Source: Candidatus Sulfomarinibacteraceae bacterium
GTDB taxonomy: Bacteria > Acidobacteriota > Thermoanaerobaculia > Thermoanaerobaculales > Sulfomarinibacteraceae
Length of the DNA stretch: 64,000 nt
Assembly (NCBI GenBank): GCA_963796455.1
Contig: CAWCLO010000004.1
Location: 128,001-192,000, forward strand
Direction: 5' to 3'
The number at the start of each line of letters is the position of its first letter. Within the stretch, counting starts at the first letter, position 1. A model generated the notes under the pieces. It was given only the letters and a program-made list of their open reading frames with translations. It searched no databases and was not told the origin of the DNA. This document shows, piece after piece, positions 44,628-55,390 of this stretch. A program made the position numbers and the translations under genes.

Positions 44628-46133
44628 ATGAACACCGTGTCTGAAACGGCGCCCGATACGGCCCCACCGGTTGTGGTTTTTCGTGAGATTTCGGCCGACA
44701 ACGAGGCCGATCTCAATGCGATCGCCGATCTCCACATGGAGTTGCTCGACTTCGGACCGATGGCCGCGCTCGGTCAGGCCTTTGTTCGTGATGTCTGTTA
44801 CCGGTATCAGTTGCAGGACGGGGTCCTGCGGGTGATTGTCTGCTTGGTGGACTCGAAGTTGGCCGGGTTTGTCGCTTTCACGCCGTGGTCGATCTCCTTC
44901 CACCGGACACTTCTGGGAAAACGACTGCCGCAAACGACTGCCGGCGTCTTGCGAGCGCTGATCACCAATCCCGCCAGGATCGTCGGTCTGCTGCGGGCGT
45001 TGCGGGTGGTGAGGTCCCGGCGCGAAGAAATCAAGAGCACCGACCAGGATCCGTTGGGTGAAGTGGTTTCTTTGTTGGTTCGTCGTGAATTCCTGACCCG
45101 GGATTTTCAACGCAGTGCCGGTCTGTGGATCAGTCACCGGCTGGTGGAGATTGCCATCGAAAACCTGCAGAGCGCGGGAATCTCGATGATGAGAATGTTG
45201 GTCGATGAAGACAACAAGGCGCCGCTTTTCGTGTATCAGGCGATGGGTGCACGATTCGAAAGCTACGAGCAGGGTGGCGAACCAACGACCCTTGTCCGAT
45301 TCGATCTCGATCGTTATCCGGTAGATCGGGAGCCGCTGAATCCGGAGCGTTGGTGGTACTACGGTCGCGATCCCCGTCAACCGGGAGTTGAGGCCGAGCC
45401 GTCGTCGTGGTCCTCCTATTGGGAACGTCTCGATTCGAATAAGAAGATTTTTCGCGCCGAGGCACGAGATGTGGCGCAGCGGCTTTTGGCCGCCTATCCG
45501 GCGCTGCACGAGGCGAAGATTCTGGATTTCGGGTGCGGCTTCGGGCTCGTTGCAGACGAGTTGGCGGCAACGGTCCGAGAGGTCCACATCTGGGATGCAG
45601 CCGTCAACATGCGGCGGTTTGCGCGGATGAACGTGGCGGCGAGGGAAAATGTCCACCTCTTTGATCCGCGCTTTTTCGAGGAGGCATGCCCGGATGGTGG
45701 GTTCGATCTGATTCTGGTCAACAGCGTTTGCCAGTACTGGACTCTGGCGGAATTCCAGGGCTGGGTCTCGAAACTGATCCGGCTGCTGGCGCCGGACGGG
45801 AAACTGGTCGTATCGGATCTTCTGAGTCCTGAAACATCTTCCATGGCGGAGTATCTGTCTCTCCTGAGGTTCAGCGCGACGAACGGCTTCCTGCTGCGAT
45901 CGGTGACCGACGCCGTATTGGAGCTGCCGCAATACCTCTCCACCAGGACCAGCTTGCCGCTCAAACGATACGAAGAATCCGAATTACGGCAGGTCGCTCA
46001 CGAACTCGACCTCGAGGTGCGCTTTGACGACAAGAACCTGACCTACCGCGACGGTCGATTCGTGGCGGAGTTTTCTTCAAAGAAACAACCGCAGACATCA
46101 ATCCACGAAGCGCCGCGTGGAGGAGATGCATGA
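44628..46133 (+). CDS. GNAT acetyltransferase - class I SAM methyltransferase fusion
   Basis: N-terminal GNAT-like part (IADLH, LAGFV, VDEDN.AP..VYQAMG). C-terminal ILDFGCGFG, FDLILVNSVCQY and LAPDG.L.VSD. Confidence 0.7.
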   Translation: MNTVSETAPDTAPPVVVFREISADNEADLNAIADLHMELLDFGPMAALGQAFVRDVCYRYQLQDGVLRVIVCLVDSKLAGFVAFTPWSISFHRTLLGKRLPQTTAGVLRALITNPARIVGLLRALRVVRSRREEIKSTDQDPLGEVVSLLVRREFLTRDFQRSAGLWISHRLVEIAIENLQSAGISMMRMLVDEDNKAPLFVYQAMGARFESYEQGGEPTTLVRFDLDRYPVDREPLNPERWWYYGRDPRQPGVEAEPSSWSSYWERLDSNKKIFRAEARDVAQRLLAAYPALHEAKILDFGCGFGLVADELAATVREVHIWDAAVNMRRFARMNVAARENVHLFDPRFFEEACPDGGFDLILVNSVCQYWTLAEFQGWVSKLIRLLAPDGKLVVSDLLSPETSSMAEYLSLLRFSATNGFLLRSVTDAVLELPQYLSTRTSLPLKRYEESELRQVAHELDLEVRFDDKNLTYRDGRFVAEFSSKKQPQTSIHEAPRGGDA

Positions 46134-46816
46134 CCTCGAACGATGCTTCCCGTGAAGCCGCGCCCGATCAGAAGACCGGGGAACCCGTGTCGGAGAGGCG
46201 GAAGATCGATCAGGAATATCGCGAGGTGCGCTATCTGCAGTTCGAGTCCGGGGGCGGATTCCGGCGCGTGATGTCGGTTCTGGGTTTGCTCACCTGGCCC
46301 CTGACCGTGCCCCTCGCCCTTTTGTGCCGATGCTCGATCTTTCTCTTCCGGACGGTGTCCGAAGCTCTCAGCATTGTTCCCTATCTCTTTGGCGTCATCC
46401 TGAGGTACGAGTTCTACCGCTTTGCTCTCGATGGGATCGGCCGCAATGTGGTGATCGAATGGGGCGCCATTTTTCTCTGCCCGAACATCACCATCGGCAG
46501 CAATGTCGTGATCGGTCGTTTCAATGTCGTGCACCGCTGCGATTTTGGAGACTATGTGCTGGTGGCGGAGCGTTGCACCTTTTTGAGTGGTTCGAAGCAG
46601 CATCGCACCGATCGCCGCGATCTGCCGATGGCGCTCCAGGGTGGTCTGAAGAAAAAGATCCGGATCAATGATGATGTGTGGATCGGCGCCCACTCGGTGG
46701 TCGCCGATGATATCGGTAAAGGCGCGATCGTCGCTGTCGGCGGCGCGATCACCAAACCGGTTCCCGAATACACCATCGCCATCGGCAACCCGACCAGGTT
46801 GCTGCCGAGGCCGTGA
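46130..46816 (+). CDS. Hexapeptide-repeat (LbH) acyltransferase
   Basis: IGSNVVIG, INDDVWIGA, IGKGAIVA and GNP. Confidence 0.88.
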   Translation: MTSNDASREAAPDQKTGEPVSERRKIDQEYREVRYLQFESGGGFRRVMSVLGLLTWPLTVPLALLCRCSIFLFRTVSEALSIVPYLFGVILRYEFYRFALDGIGRNVVIEWGAIFLCPNITIGSNVVIGRFNVVHRCDFGDYVLVAERCTFLSGSKQHRTDRRDLPMALQGGLKKKIRINDDVWIGAHSVVADDIGKGAIVAVGGAITKPVPEYTIAIGNPTRLLPRP

Positions 46817-46846
46817 CGAACGCCGCGCGGCCCTCCTCGTGATGGC

Positions 46847-47761
46847 ATGAAAAAATGGATCGTCGTCCTCGTGGTTTTCGGTCTGTGCGTCGCCGCTCTG
46901 ATCGTGTGGATCGTTCCCATGCCCGCGAACCAGCCTCGCTCATCGAATCTCTCGACTAGTGAACTCACCCCGGTCCTCTTCGTGCACGGTCTGGGAGCGA
47001 ATTCAGAAATCTGGAAACGTCTGCAGCGCCATTTTCGATCGCTGGGTTATCCGGAAGAATATCTGGCGGCGGTTGATCTTGATCCGCCTGACGGCTCCAA
47101 CACCCGGGCCGCCGAATTGTGGATCGCCCCGGCGGTGGATCGCCTGCTCGCGAGAGCAGGGGACCACGCGCGCACATCTGCGCATGGAAGCTCGCCGCCG
47201 GCCAAGGTCGATATCGTGGCGCACAGCATGGGTGCTCTGAGCAGCCGCTGGTTCGCCGCAAAGATCGAACCTCAGCGGGTGAGGATCTTGATCACGATCG
47301 CGGGCACGAACCACGGTAGCAACGCGGTGTGTGGATGGGACAACGACGGGGCGTCCGATCTGTGTCCGGCGTTCGCGAAGAGCCCGGACGAGAGTCCCAT
47401 CCAGATCGCGCTGAACGGCCTTCCGGAGAGCCCGACTGACGAAACGCCCTTCGGGATCGGCGAGGACGGCAACCCTGATATCCGCGTCGCACCAGACCCG
47501 GAACGACGCATTCTCTATCTCACGATCAGGATTGCCGAGGATCAATGGATCACGCCGCAACACAGTGCCATCCTCGACGGCGCCGGGGCCCTGCAGGTCG
47601 AGAGCGTAGCGAGTCCATCGTTCGAAGAGACGAGCAGAGGAAATTTTCTCTTTGTGGGCGGGGCCGGAAGGCTCTTCAGGCGAGTCAACCACGATTCATT
47701 GCTCGATGACCCGATGGTGGCGGTTTTTGTCGGCGATATCCTGAGCGGGAGTGATCTCTGA
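46847..47761 (+). CDS. Membrane-anchored alpha/beta hydrolase (lipase/esterase)
   Basis: N-terminal hydrophobic anchor, FVHGLG, nucleophile elbow AHSMG, GTNHG and a C-terminal His. Confidence 0.82.
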   Translation: MKKWIVVLVVFGLCVAALIVWIVPMPANQPRSSNLSTSELTPVLFVHGLGANSEIWKRLQRHFRSLGYPEEYLAAVDLDPPDGSNTRAAELWIAPAVDRLLARAGDHARTSAHGSSPPAKVDIVAHSMGALSSRWFAAKIEPQRVRILITIAGTNHGSNAVCGWDNDGASDLCPAFAKSPDESPIQIALNGLPESPTDETPFGIGEDGNPDIRVAPDPERRILYLTIRIAEDQWITPQHSAILDGAGALQVESVASPSFEETSRGNFLFVGGAGRLFRRVNHDSLLDDPMVAVFVGDILSGSDL

Positions 47762-47801
47762 GGTCGAAGGGACAGCCGCCGCCGGTCTCCGGGGCTCGGG
47801 T

Positions 47802-49139
47802 TTATCTCATTTTCTTGAAGCGTTCCCCGTGCATCGATGAATCGACGATCTCGATCTTCTGGGGGATCTTATACTTCGGAAGGCGTTCCCGGCAGAACTC
47901 GCGCATTCTTGTCCTGAATTCGGCCAGGGATTCATCCGTCGACAATTTGACCCGGGCAAAGATGATCTGACCCGTGAGTGGGTGCTTTTCGCCGGCCACG
48001 ACGGCATCCTCGACCCCGTCCATCAGTTGCAGTGCACCCTCCACTTCAGCGGGGTAGACCTTTTCGCCACCGATATTGATGATTTCGGATTCCCGGCCGA
48101 GGATCTTGATGAAGTCGCCGTCGACCTCGACGGCATCGCCGGTGATGAACCAGCCGTCTTCGGTGAAGGGGCTGGGGGCGTTGAGATAGCCCAACATCGC
48201 CGACTCCGCCTTGATCTCGAGTTTTCCATCCACCACCCGGGTCTCGAAACCTTCGCCGCCGACCTTGACCCACAGCGAATCGGAAGCGAGGGACTTGGAA
48301 CGTAGAATTCCGACCTCGGACAAACCATAGGTCTGCAGCAGTTTGACCTCGGGCAGGATCTCGTGAAAACGCTGCAGGGTGGTTTCGGGCATCACCTCGG
48401 TACCGTAGGTCACCATCTTCAAGCTCGACAGGTCGTGGTTCGGGATCGCGCCGCTGACCAGCATCAGATTGAGGAAGGTGGGTGAGGTCGGGAGGAGCTC
48501 GACGCGATGCCGTTCGATGGTCCTGCAAATTGTCTCGGGGCTTCGATCCGAGACCGTGATGACACAACCGGCGTTGGAAAGACAGTAGAGCAGAGTGTTG
48601 AAACCGCCGATATGATCGAAGAGCAGGAAGGTGATGGTCCGCAGGGTGTGGCGGCGGAGCTTGAACTTTTCGAGCATCGGGACCAGATCGTGCACGGCCG
48701 CTTTGCTCTTTCCCGTCGAACCGGAAGAAAACAGGATCAGACCTGGCCGGTCGCGTTCGATGAGCTGCCGCAGTACAGGGTGTTTGACCTCCACCTTCGT
48801 ATCGACGATGGAAGAAGAATCATCGTCGAGAATGGTGATGATCGTCTCGACTTCGGCGATCTCGCGGAACTCGGGTTTCTTGCTTTCGACCGACGCCGTC
48901 AGCGGCACGATGACACAGCGGTGTTCGATCAGGGCGAGCATGAGAGCGATCGAACGCGGCGAAAAATCGGCTTCGATGCTGACCACCGACCCGTTGCGGA
49001 GATGGTGATTTTTCAACTCGACGGCCCAGCGGTCGATCCCATCGAGAAGCCAGCGATAGGTATAAGGCTCGTCACGCCACACAAAGGCCTCACTCGACGG
49101 GGCCTCGGCAAAACGGGCGCGCAAAAAGTCGATGCTCAC
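47802..49139 (-). CDS. AMP-dependent acyl-ACP/CoA ligase
   Basis: FSSGSTGKSK, TYGLSE, WFITGD, GGEKVYPAEVE and ERFKK. Confidence 0.9.
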   Translation of the reverse strand: MSIDFLRARFAEAPSSEAFVWRDEPYTYRWLLDGIDRWAVELKNHHLRNGSVVSIEADFSPRSIALMLALIEHRCVIVPLTASVESKKPEFREIAEVETIITILDDDSSSIVDTKVEVKHPVLRQLIERDRPGLILFSSGSTGKSKAAVHDLVPMLEKFKLRRHTLRTITFLLFDHIGGFNTLLYCLSNAGCVITVSDRSPETICRTIERHRVELLPTSPTFLNLMLVSGAIPNHDLSSLKMVTYGTEVMPETTLQRFHEILPEVKLLQTYGLSEVGILRSKSLASDSLWVKVGGEGFETRVVDGKLEIKAESAMLGYLNAPSPFTEDGWFITGDAVEVDGDFIKILGRESEIINIGGEKVYPAEVEGALQLMDGVEDAVVAGEKHPLTGQIIFARVKLSTDESLAEFRTRMREFCRERLPKYKIPQKIEIVDSSMHGERFKKMR

Positions 49140-49837
49140 CGCACACCTCCCAGGTAAATGACCTGGCCGGTCACGAAATTGCTCTCCTCACGGAGGAAGA
49201 AATCGACCACATTGACCACGTCGCCGACCTCTCCGAGCCTGCGAATGGCCTGGCGTTTGATCAACGCTGCGATTTTTTCCTTCGGCACAGCCCGGATCAG
49301 ATCGGTTTCAATCGGCACCGGACCGACGGCATTGACGGTGATGCCGAATTTCGCGAACTCGCGGGCCATCACCTCGGTCAGTGATTCGACTCCGGCTTTT
49401 GAGGCCACGTATGCGCTCTCGCCTTCAAGCTGCAGCGGGACGGCGACTGTCGAGAAGTTCACGATCCGTCCGAACTTGTTCTTCTGCATCAGCTTGGCCG
49501 CTTCACGGGAAAAGACGAAGGTTCCGACCACGTTGGTTTCGAGGATCCGGGTCAGGGTCGAGGTCGGCGTGAGCAGTGAATGGTTCATCGAGGCGATGCC
49601 GGCATTGTTGATGAGGTGGTCGAGCCTCCCGTGACTGCGTCGGATCGAGGCGAAGAGCTCTTGAATCGACTTTTCATCGGTGACGTCTACCGTGAAGTGT
49701 TCGTAGTTTCGTGCCTCGAGGTCGCAGGGACCTCGGCTGCAGCCGATGACTGCGTGGCCCTTATCGACGTAGTGTTCGGCCAGGGTTCGGCCGATTCCTT
49801 TGCTGGTCCCGGTGATCAGCGTGACGGGATCAGGCAT
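49136..49837 (-). CDS. SDR family 3-oxoacyl-ACP reductase (FabG-like)
   Basis: TGTSKGIG, NNAG and YVASK. Confidence 0.9.
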   Translation of the reverse strand: MPDPVTLITGTSKGIGRTLAEHYVDKGHAVIGCSRGPCDLEARNYEHFTVDVTDEKSIQELFASIRRSHGRLDHLINNAGIASMNHSLLTPTSTLTRILETNVVGTFVFSREAAKLMQKNKFGRIVNFSTVAVPLQLEGESAYVASKAGVESLTEVMAREFAKFGITVNAVGPVPIETDLIRAVPKEKIAALIKRQAIRRLGEVGDVVNVVDFFLREESNFVTGQVIYLGGVR

Positions 49838-50138
49838 TTTCCCGGCTCGCCTCGATCTCCCCGATCGCGTACTGGGCCAAAGCGGCGATGGTTCGATAGG
49901 GGCTCCTTTGTTGCGAGAGTGCCTTTTCGTTTGCCAGACTGATTGTGGTGCCGCACTGTTCCTCGACCGCCTGTTCGACGGCGATGACCAGCGACACGAG
50001 GCCCATGGAGTCGAGGATACCGTTGGCGCCGAAGAGGGCGGTTTCCGCGCTGATCGCTTCCGGAAGATCGAGACCATCGGCTTCGGCGAGCTCCTTGGTG
50101 GCCTGGATGACGAGATCGGTGAGTTCCTGCAATTGCAT
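49830..50138 (-). CDS. Acyl carrier protein
   Basis: LFGANGILDSMGLV phosphopantetheine site; small acidic protein. Confidence 0.85.
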   Translation of the reverse strand: MQLQELTDLVIQATKELAEADGLDLPEAISAETALFGANGILDSMGLVSLVIAVEQAVEEQCGTTISLANEKALSQQRSPYRTIAALAQYAIGEIEASRENA

Positions 50139-50442
50139 ATTCAGCTCCTGTGAGGTTGGCTCGTATCGATTTGTCGACGATCGTCGATTCCGTCCCAACA
50201 ATGCTCAGTCTCATCCTGCACCGGGTAGCGGATTGACGCGGCATCGACATTTTGATAGGTGTAGTTCAGACACCGCTCCACGTTGTCAAACCGCGGTCCG
50301 GAATCGCCCTTTTTTTGAGCGACTGAGTTGGGCATAATTCGGAGCGCCTTATAGTTGTAAATGGTGGCCATTCGATGGAATTCTATCAGCATACGACTGC
50401 GGTCGTCAGTTCCGTCCTTGGTGGGAGCGGAGCCGGAGATAT

Positions 50443-51234
50443 ATGACATCGATCTCTAAAGAATCGACTGCACCGAGAATCAACGTTCTCGGGACGCGTG
50501 TGGCCGCACTCAACCTCGACACCGCGGTACAGCAGATCTGTGAGTGGATTGACGCTGAAGATTCCAGAAGATATGTGTGCGTGACGGATGTGCACTGCAT
50601 CATGCAGAGCTATCGGCGCCCCGATGTTCGAAACATCTATAACTCGGCCGACATCTGCGTTCCGGATGGTATGCCCTTGACCTGGGTCGGACGGCGACGA
50701 GGTTTTCCGGACATGGGCCGGGTCTATGGACCGGACCTGATGCTCAAAATGATGGAAGTCGGTGTGGAGAAGGGATACTCCCACTATCTTTATGGCGGAG
50801 CCGAAGGTGTGGCCGATGAACTTCGCGACCGCATGACCGAGCGTTTCCCCGGTCTGCGTGTGGCCGGGACTTATTTCCCGCCCTTTCGTCCGCTGACCGA
50901 TGAGGAGAAGCGCGAGGTCATCGAAGACATCAACCGCAGTCAAGCAGATCTTTTCTGGGTGGGCCTCGGCGCCCCCAAACAGGATCTCCTCATGGCCGAG
51001 TTCCGCGATCTCGTGAACTCCAAGGTGATGTTGGGGGTCGGGGCGGCCTTTGATTTTCATACCGGCCGGGTCCGCCAGGCGCCGCGTTGGATGATGCAGC
51101 TCGGTCTCGAGTGGTTCTTCAGGCTGTGTGTGGAGCCCCGGAGGCTGGGCCCGAGATATCTCAGAAACAACCCGTCTTTTCTCTGGCACATTTTCCTGCA
51201 GAGCACGGGTCTGCGGCGCTACCCCATCGATTGA
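50443..51234 (+). CDS. WecB/TagA/CpsF family glycosyltransferase (WecG-like)
   Basis: PDGMPL, RVYGPDL, GLGAPKQ, VGAAFDF and LEWFFRL..EPRRL..RY. Confidence 0.93.
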   Translation: MTSISKESTAPRINVLGTRVAALNLDTAVQQICEWIDAEDSRRYVCVTDVHCIMQSYRRPDVRNIYNSADICVPDGMPLTWVGRRRGFPDMGRVYGPDLMLKMMEVGVEKGYSHYLYGGAEGVADELRDRMTERFPGLRVAGTYFPPFRPLTDEEKREVIEDINRSQADLFWVGLGAPKQDLLMAEFRDLVNSKVMLGVGAAFDFHTGRVRQAPRWMMQLGLEWFFRLCVEPRRLGPRYLRNNPSFLWHIFLQSTGLRRYPID

Positions 51235-51291
51235 GTCGGTGATCCTGCGATTCGTTGCGAAATCCTTTTTTCGAGGGACGGGCCTCGCCAC

Positions 51292-52271
51292 TCAATTCCC
51301 TTCCGGCAGATCCCGGGTCGAACGCAGCGCGAGCCTTGATTCGTCCAGCTGGTTTTCTCGATAGGCGCCCATCGGCAGAACCTTGTAATGTTCGTCCAGG
51401 ATCCGGAAAAAGCTCTCCAACATCTCGGTCTTCGTGCCGCCGTCAAGACCCATTGCGGGGAAGAAGGCCAGTTCCGGGACATCGTCTCCGCCGAGGAAAT
51501 CCAGCGGGTGGAGCAACAATGAGGGTTCGGTTCCGGTCAGGCGGCACATTGTGAGCGCAGTCTTGAAATAGATCCTGGCCAACCACGGCGAGTAGGTGCC
51601 GAGATAAAGAAGATAACTGAAGTGGAAGGGCACCTTGAAGATGGGCATCGTGGTCACGGGGATCTCGAGCAGCGAAGACCCGCCCATGTCCCACCGATAG
51701 GGTTTGACCGGTCTCAATCCATCTTTCAAACCACCGAACAGGGCTTTGCGTTTGTCTTTTTCGTCGTCGGTGAACCTCGAGGTCATGAAGTAGTAGGCAC
51801 GGGCCAGTGGGCCGAGGAAGGTCGGAAAGGTGGAGGCATCGAAGCGGTAACCGCGTCGATTCAGGACCGCGAGCGTCCTCGTCGATAGGCTGTAGCCCGG
51901 ACCGCGGAATCCGGTGGGAGTGGTCCCCGTTGCTGCGGCGATGGCCTCCTCGGTGCGCGAGATCTCATCCTCGATCTGTTCTTCCGAATAGAGGTGGAGC
52001 CAGGGTTCGTGATTGAACGAGTGGTTGCCGATTTCGTGACTCGCGGCTGCGATCTCTGCGAGGGCTTCGCGGTTTTTCTCCAAGTGCCGCGTCCTGGCCG
52101 ACCACAAAGACCGTGATGTTCCAGTTGAATCGGCCGAGGATCTTGAGGAAGCGCGGCACGACGAGGTCGAGGTAGACTGGGAAACTCTTCCCAGCCGGCG
52201 TCGCCGTGGGTTTTCATGTAGGACCACTGGTTGTCGAGATCGAGAGACAGGGAGCAGTGTCGCTGCGTCAT
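51292..52271 (-). CDS. CE4 polysaccharide deacetylase (frameshifted)
   Basis: SLDLDNQWSY, ITVFVVG, HEIGNHSFNHE, GFRGPGY and LLHPLD. Confidence 0.82.
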
Positions 52272-52274
52272 CTT

Positions 52275-53650
52275 TCAGATGGTTCCACGCTTTCTCGGTG
52301 CAGGTGATCCAGCGGTCTGGCCGGTGATCTCCTGCAGCGATTCGGTGGCGAGCTTGAGCGATTCGTTGACATTGAGGGTGCCGTTGACGATCTGTGCCGA
52401 GTTGACGATATACACGACCGGGAATGGAGGTCCGTTTGGCGGGCAGCCGGTTCGAGTACCCGAGCGTCGGCAGGGCATAGACGAAGCTTTCCCGCGATAC
52501 CTGGAACTCAGGACATCGTCCTCGCTGAGGTCTGGATACATCCGGAACAGGGCCTCGAGAAAGCGCTCTTTCCACTCGTCGTCGCTGAGCGAAAACGCGG
52601 GATCGTGAGCTTGCGAGGTAGCTCGGAAGATAGACCAGCGGTGTGGTCCCGGAATCTCCTCGCGATCGACAAACGCCGACATCTCGATCACCGCAGTGAA
52701 GGGGACCCAGGAGTCGGTGATATTGGTGATGTAGTAGCGACCGAGGGGTTTTTTGAGCAGCAGGGAAGCGCAGACGATGCCCTGGTAGTCGACCTTTTCG
52801 AGCAGGTCCTTTTCATCTTCACTCAGATCCGGGCAGATCCGGCCGGCGATCGGAGCGGGCATGGTCAGGACGGCCTGGTCGAATTCGAGTTCATCCCCGG
52901 CGGCGGTCACGAGTCGCACACCATCAGCTCCGGTGCCCTCGACCTTGCGGATATCGGTTCCGGTGCGAAGCGACACCCTCGTTTGCCAGCAATTTTTCGT
53001 GAAAGGCCTCGAGAAACCTGCCGTATCCTCCCGGCACGTAGCCGAACATCTCCTTCTTGAGGCCGGATCGCCGTGCCGCGTACATGCGTTGCGATGGTGG
53101 CCCAGATGAATGCTGCCGAGGTCTTGCGGTAGCTCTCGCCGAGTTTCGACCGCAAAAGGGCAGCCAGATCTTGTCAAAGGTCTTTTGCCGGACACACCGT
53201 CGCAGCCAGTCGGCGACGGGATCGTTTTCGAGCGGTCGCCAGTTCGTGATCCGTGGAGGCGTAGAAGATGGTCGCTGCCAGCCGAGCTTTCGAGATCAAT
53301 CCGAGGGGAGGGAAACGGAGGAACTCGAGCGAACTCGACATCGAATACAGCTTGCCGTCGGTAGTAAAAGCCGGTCTTGGTCTCGACCCACTTCATGCTC
53401 TGTCTCGAGGTCGAGTTCGCGGAGCAGTGATCGCAGGTAGACTGTCCGACAGGAGGATGACGTGATAGTGGCGGTCCCATTCAACGTCGCCGAGCCGCCA
53501 GGCGCTCGCGAGACCGCCCAGTTTCTGAGATCGTTCGAAAAGGGTGACGTCGTGACCCTGCTGTCGCAAGCCGGAGAGCCAGCGTCATCCCGAGGACGCC
53601 GCCGCCGACGACCGCCCATAGCTGTCGAGCCGTTGCTGTTCAGTCACCGT
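52275..53650 (-). CDS. FAD-dependent oxidoreductase (HemY/amine-oxidase-like; frameshifted, start approximate)
   Basis: WAVVGGGVLGMTLA Rossmann motif near 53600, YYITNITD..PFTAVIEM and VNSAQIVNGTLNVNE. Confidence 0.75.
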
Positions 53651-53659
53651 GTGGTTCGA

Positions 53660-54348
53660 TCACCTCTGGCACGTTGACTCGTCGGCAGATGGGAGATCCA
53701 GGCGGATCGGCATCACGAGGGCGGGTCCAACTCCTCGACCAGCCTGGCCGGTGATCCGGTATGCTGAGGCTGCACGCCGGACAGGCTGAAGTCGTTTGCG
53801 GCATCGACCGTACGTCATTGAAATCGGACGACGAGGTGGCCGCAGCGACAGACGCAGCCGACCGGTTTCGCCGGGTGGCCCATGACGAGGTGGAAATCGT
53901 CGACGTTCTTCGTGACCAGGGCTCCCATCCCAACCATGGCGAATCGACCGATGGAGAGATCGTTGCCAATGATGCAGCCGGCGCCGATCGTGGCGCCCTG
54001 CCTTGACCAGGGTCGGCAAGCGTGTCCTCGTCGGGCTCCGATGGGCGCAGCTCTTTGAGGTCGACGGTCGTGGCCCGCGGGAACCGGTCGTTTGTGAAAA
54101 CGGTGCCGGCGCTGATCATGACTCCGTCTTCGATGGTGACTGCGGTGCAGATGTAGACCATGGCGTTGATCTTGACGCGATCGCCGATGACGACATCGTA
54201 GGCGATGTAGGCTCTTTTCGCCGACGATGCAGTCGCTGCCGATCTGCGCGCCGTGGCGGATGTGGACGTTGTCCCAGATCGAGAGTTCCGTCGCCGATCT
54301 GGACGTCCGTCTTCGATCAGGGCCGTGGGGTGGATTCGTGGCGGTCAC
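53660..54348 (-). CDS. LbH N-acetyltransferase (WbpD/WlbB-like; frameshifted)
   Basis: IWDNVHIR.GAQIG, VFTNDRFPRA, GATIGAG and GHPAKPVG.VC.CG. Confidence 0.8.
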
Positions 54349-54354
54349 TGTGTT

Positions 54355-55385
54355 TCACTCCGGTTCTGCTGATTCAGACGGTTGCCGGCCTGTGCCGTTG
54401 TTCGACTGGCGGTCCAGTGGTTCTGGCTCGAGCGATTCGTACGCGGCCTCGACCACTTCGACCGAAGCGAGGGCGTCGTCGGAATCGATCAGCAGCCGTC
54501 TCCTCGCCGTTGATGGCATCGCGCGAAGTTGACGATCTGGTTGCGAAAGGCTCCGACCTTGTCGTAGCCGTCGCCGAAGCTCACCCACTCGGGTGAGCTC
54601 GATTGGCGGTACTTGGACTCCTTCCAGCCGACCAGCACCGTGCCCCGTCGAGCCGTAGATGCTGATGTAGCGGTCGAGTTCTTTGTTGATGCTCCACGAG
54701 AGATCGATATTGCCGATGACACCCTTGGCGCTGCGAACAAAGACCCGGACGGTTTCCTCGACCGTCGAGGTTCTGGGCGCGTCGTCCCTCCATGACGTGG
54801 ACTTCCGCCAGCGGCCCGAGGAAATAGCGAGCGATGTCGAAGGAGTGGGTGCCGTTGTCGATCAGGACCCCGCCGCCGCTGATTTTCGGGTCCGAGTTCC
54901 AGCGCTTGGACATGTCGACCCAGGCGGTGAAGGCGTTTTCGAAGAGGACGATGTCTCCGAGGATGCCGGAATCGACGATCTGTTTGGCTTTGATGACGTC
55001 GTCGACATAACGGAACTTCGAGGCCATGGTGATCTTGACGCCCTTTTCTGCGGCGGCGTCGATCACTTTCTTGGATTCGGCGGCGCTGACCGCGAATGGC
55101 TTTTCGCACAACACGTGAACCCCGCGGTCGATGAAGTCAAGGCAGATCTGAGGGTGGGTCGATGGTGGCGTGCAGATCAGCACCGCATCCGGCTTGCATT
55201 CCTCGGCGAGCTCCGAAGTGCGACTCAAACGCCCGGGTCCCGAGGACCTCGGCGAGCGATTTCGCGGCCTCCGGCCGGACATCCGCGACTCCGACGACCT
55301 CGCACTGGTCGCAGGTCTGAAAGGCCTGCGCGTAACCCTGTGAAATGGCTCCGGCACCGACGATGGCGAATTTCGTTTTTGCCAT
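54355..55385 (-). CDS. Gfo/Idh/MocA oxidoreductase (WbpB/WlbA-like; frameshifted)
   Basis: [22 protein letters not shown] and [11 protein letters not shown]. Confidence 0.85.
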
Positions 55386-55390
55386 GATGC

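Noticed and set aside
44568..45932. 454-aa minus-strand ORF, and similar long antisense ORFs (12614-13591, 50386-51291, 58173-59195)
   Set aside because: Shadows of well-supported opposite-strand genes in high-GC DNA.
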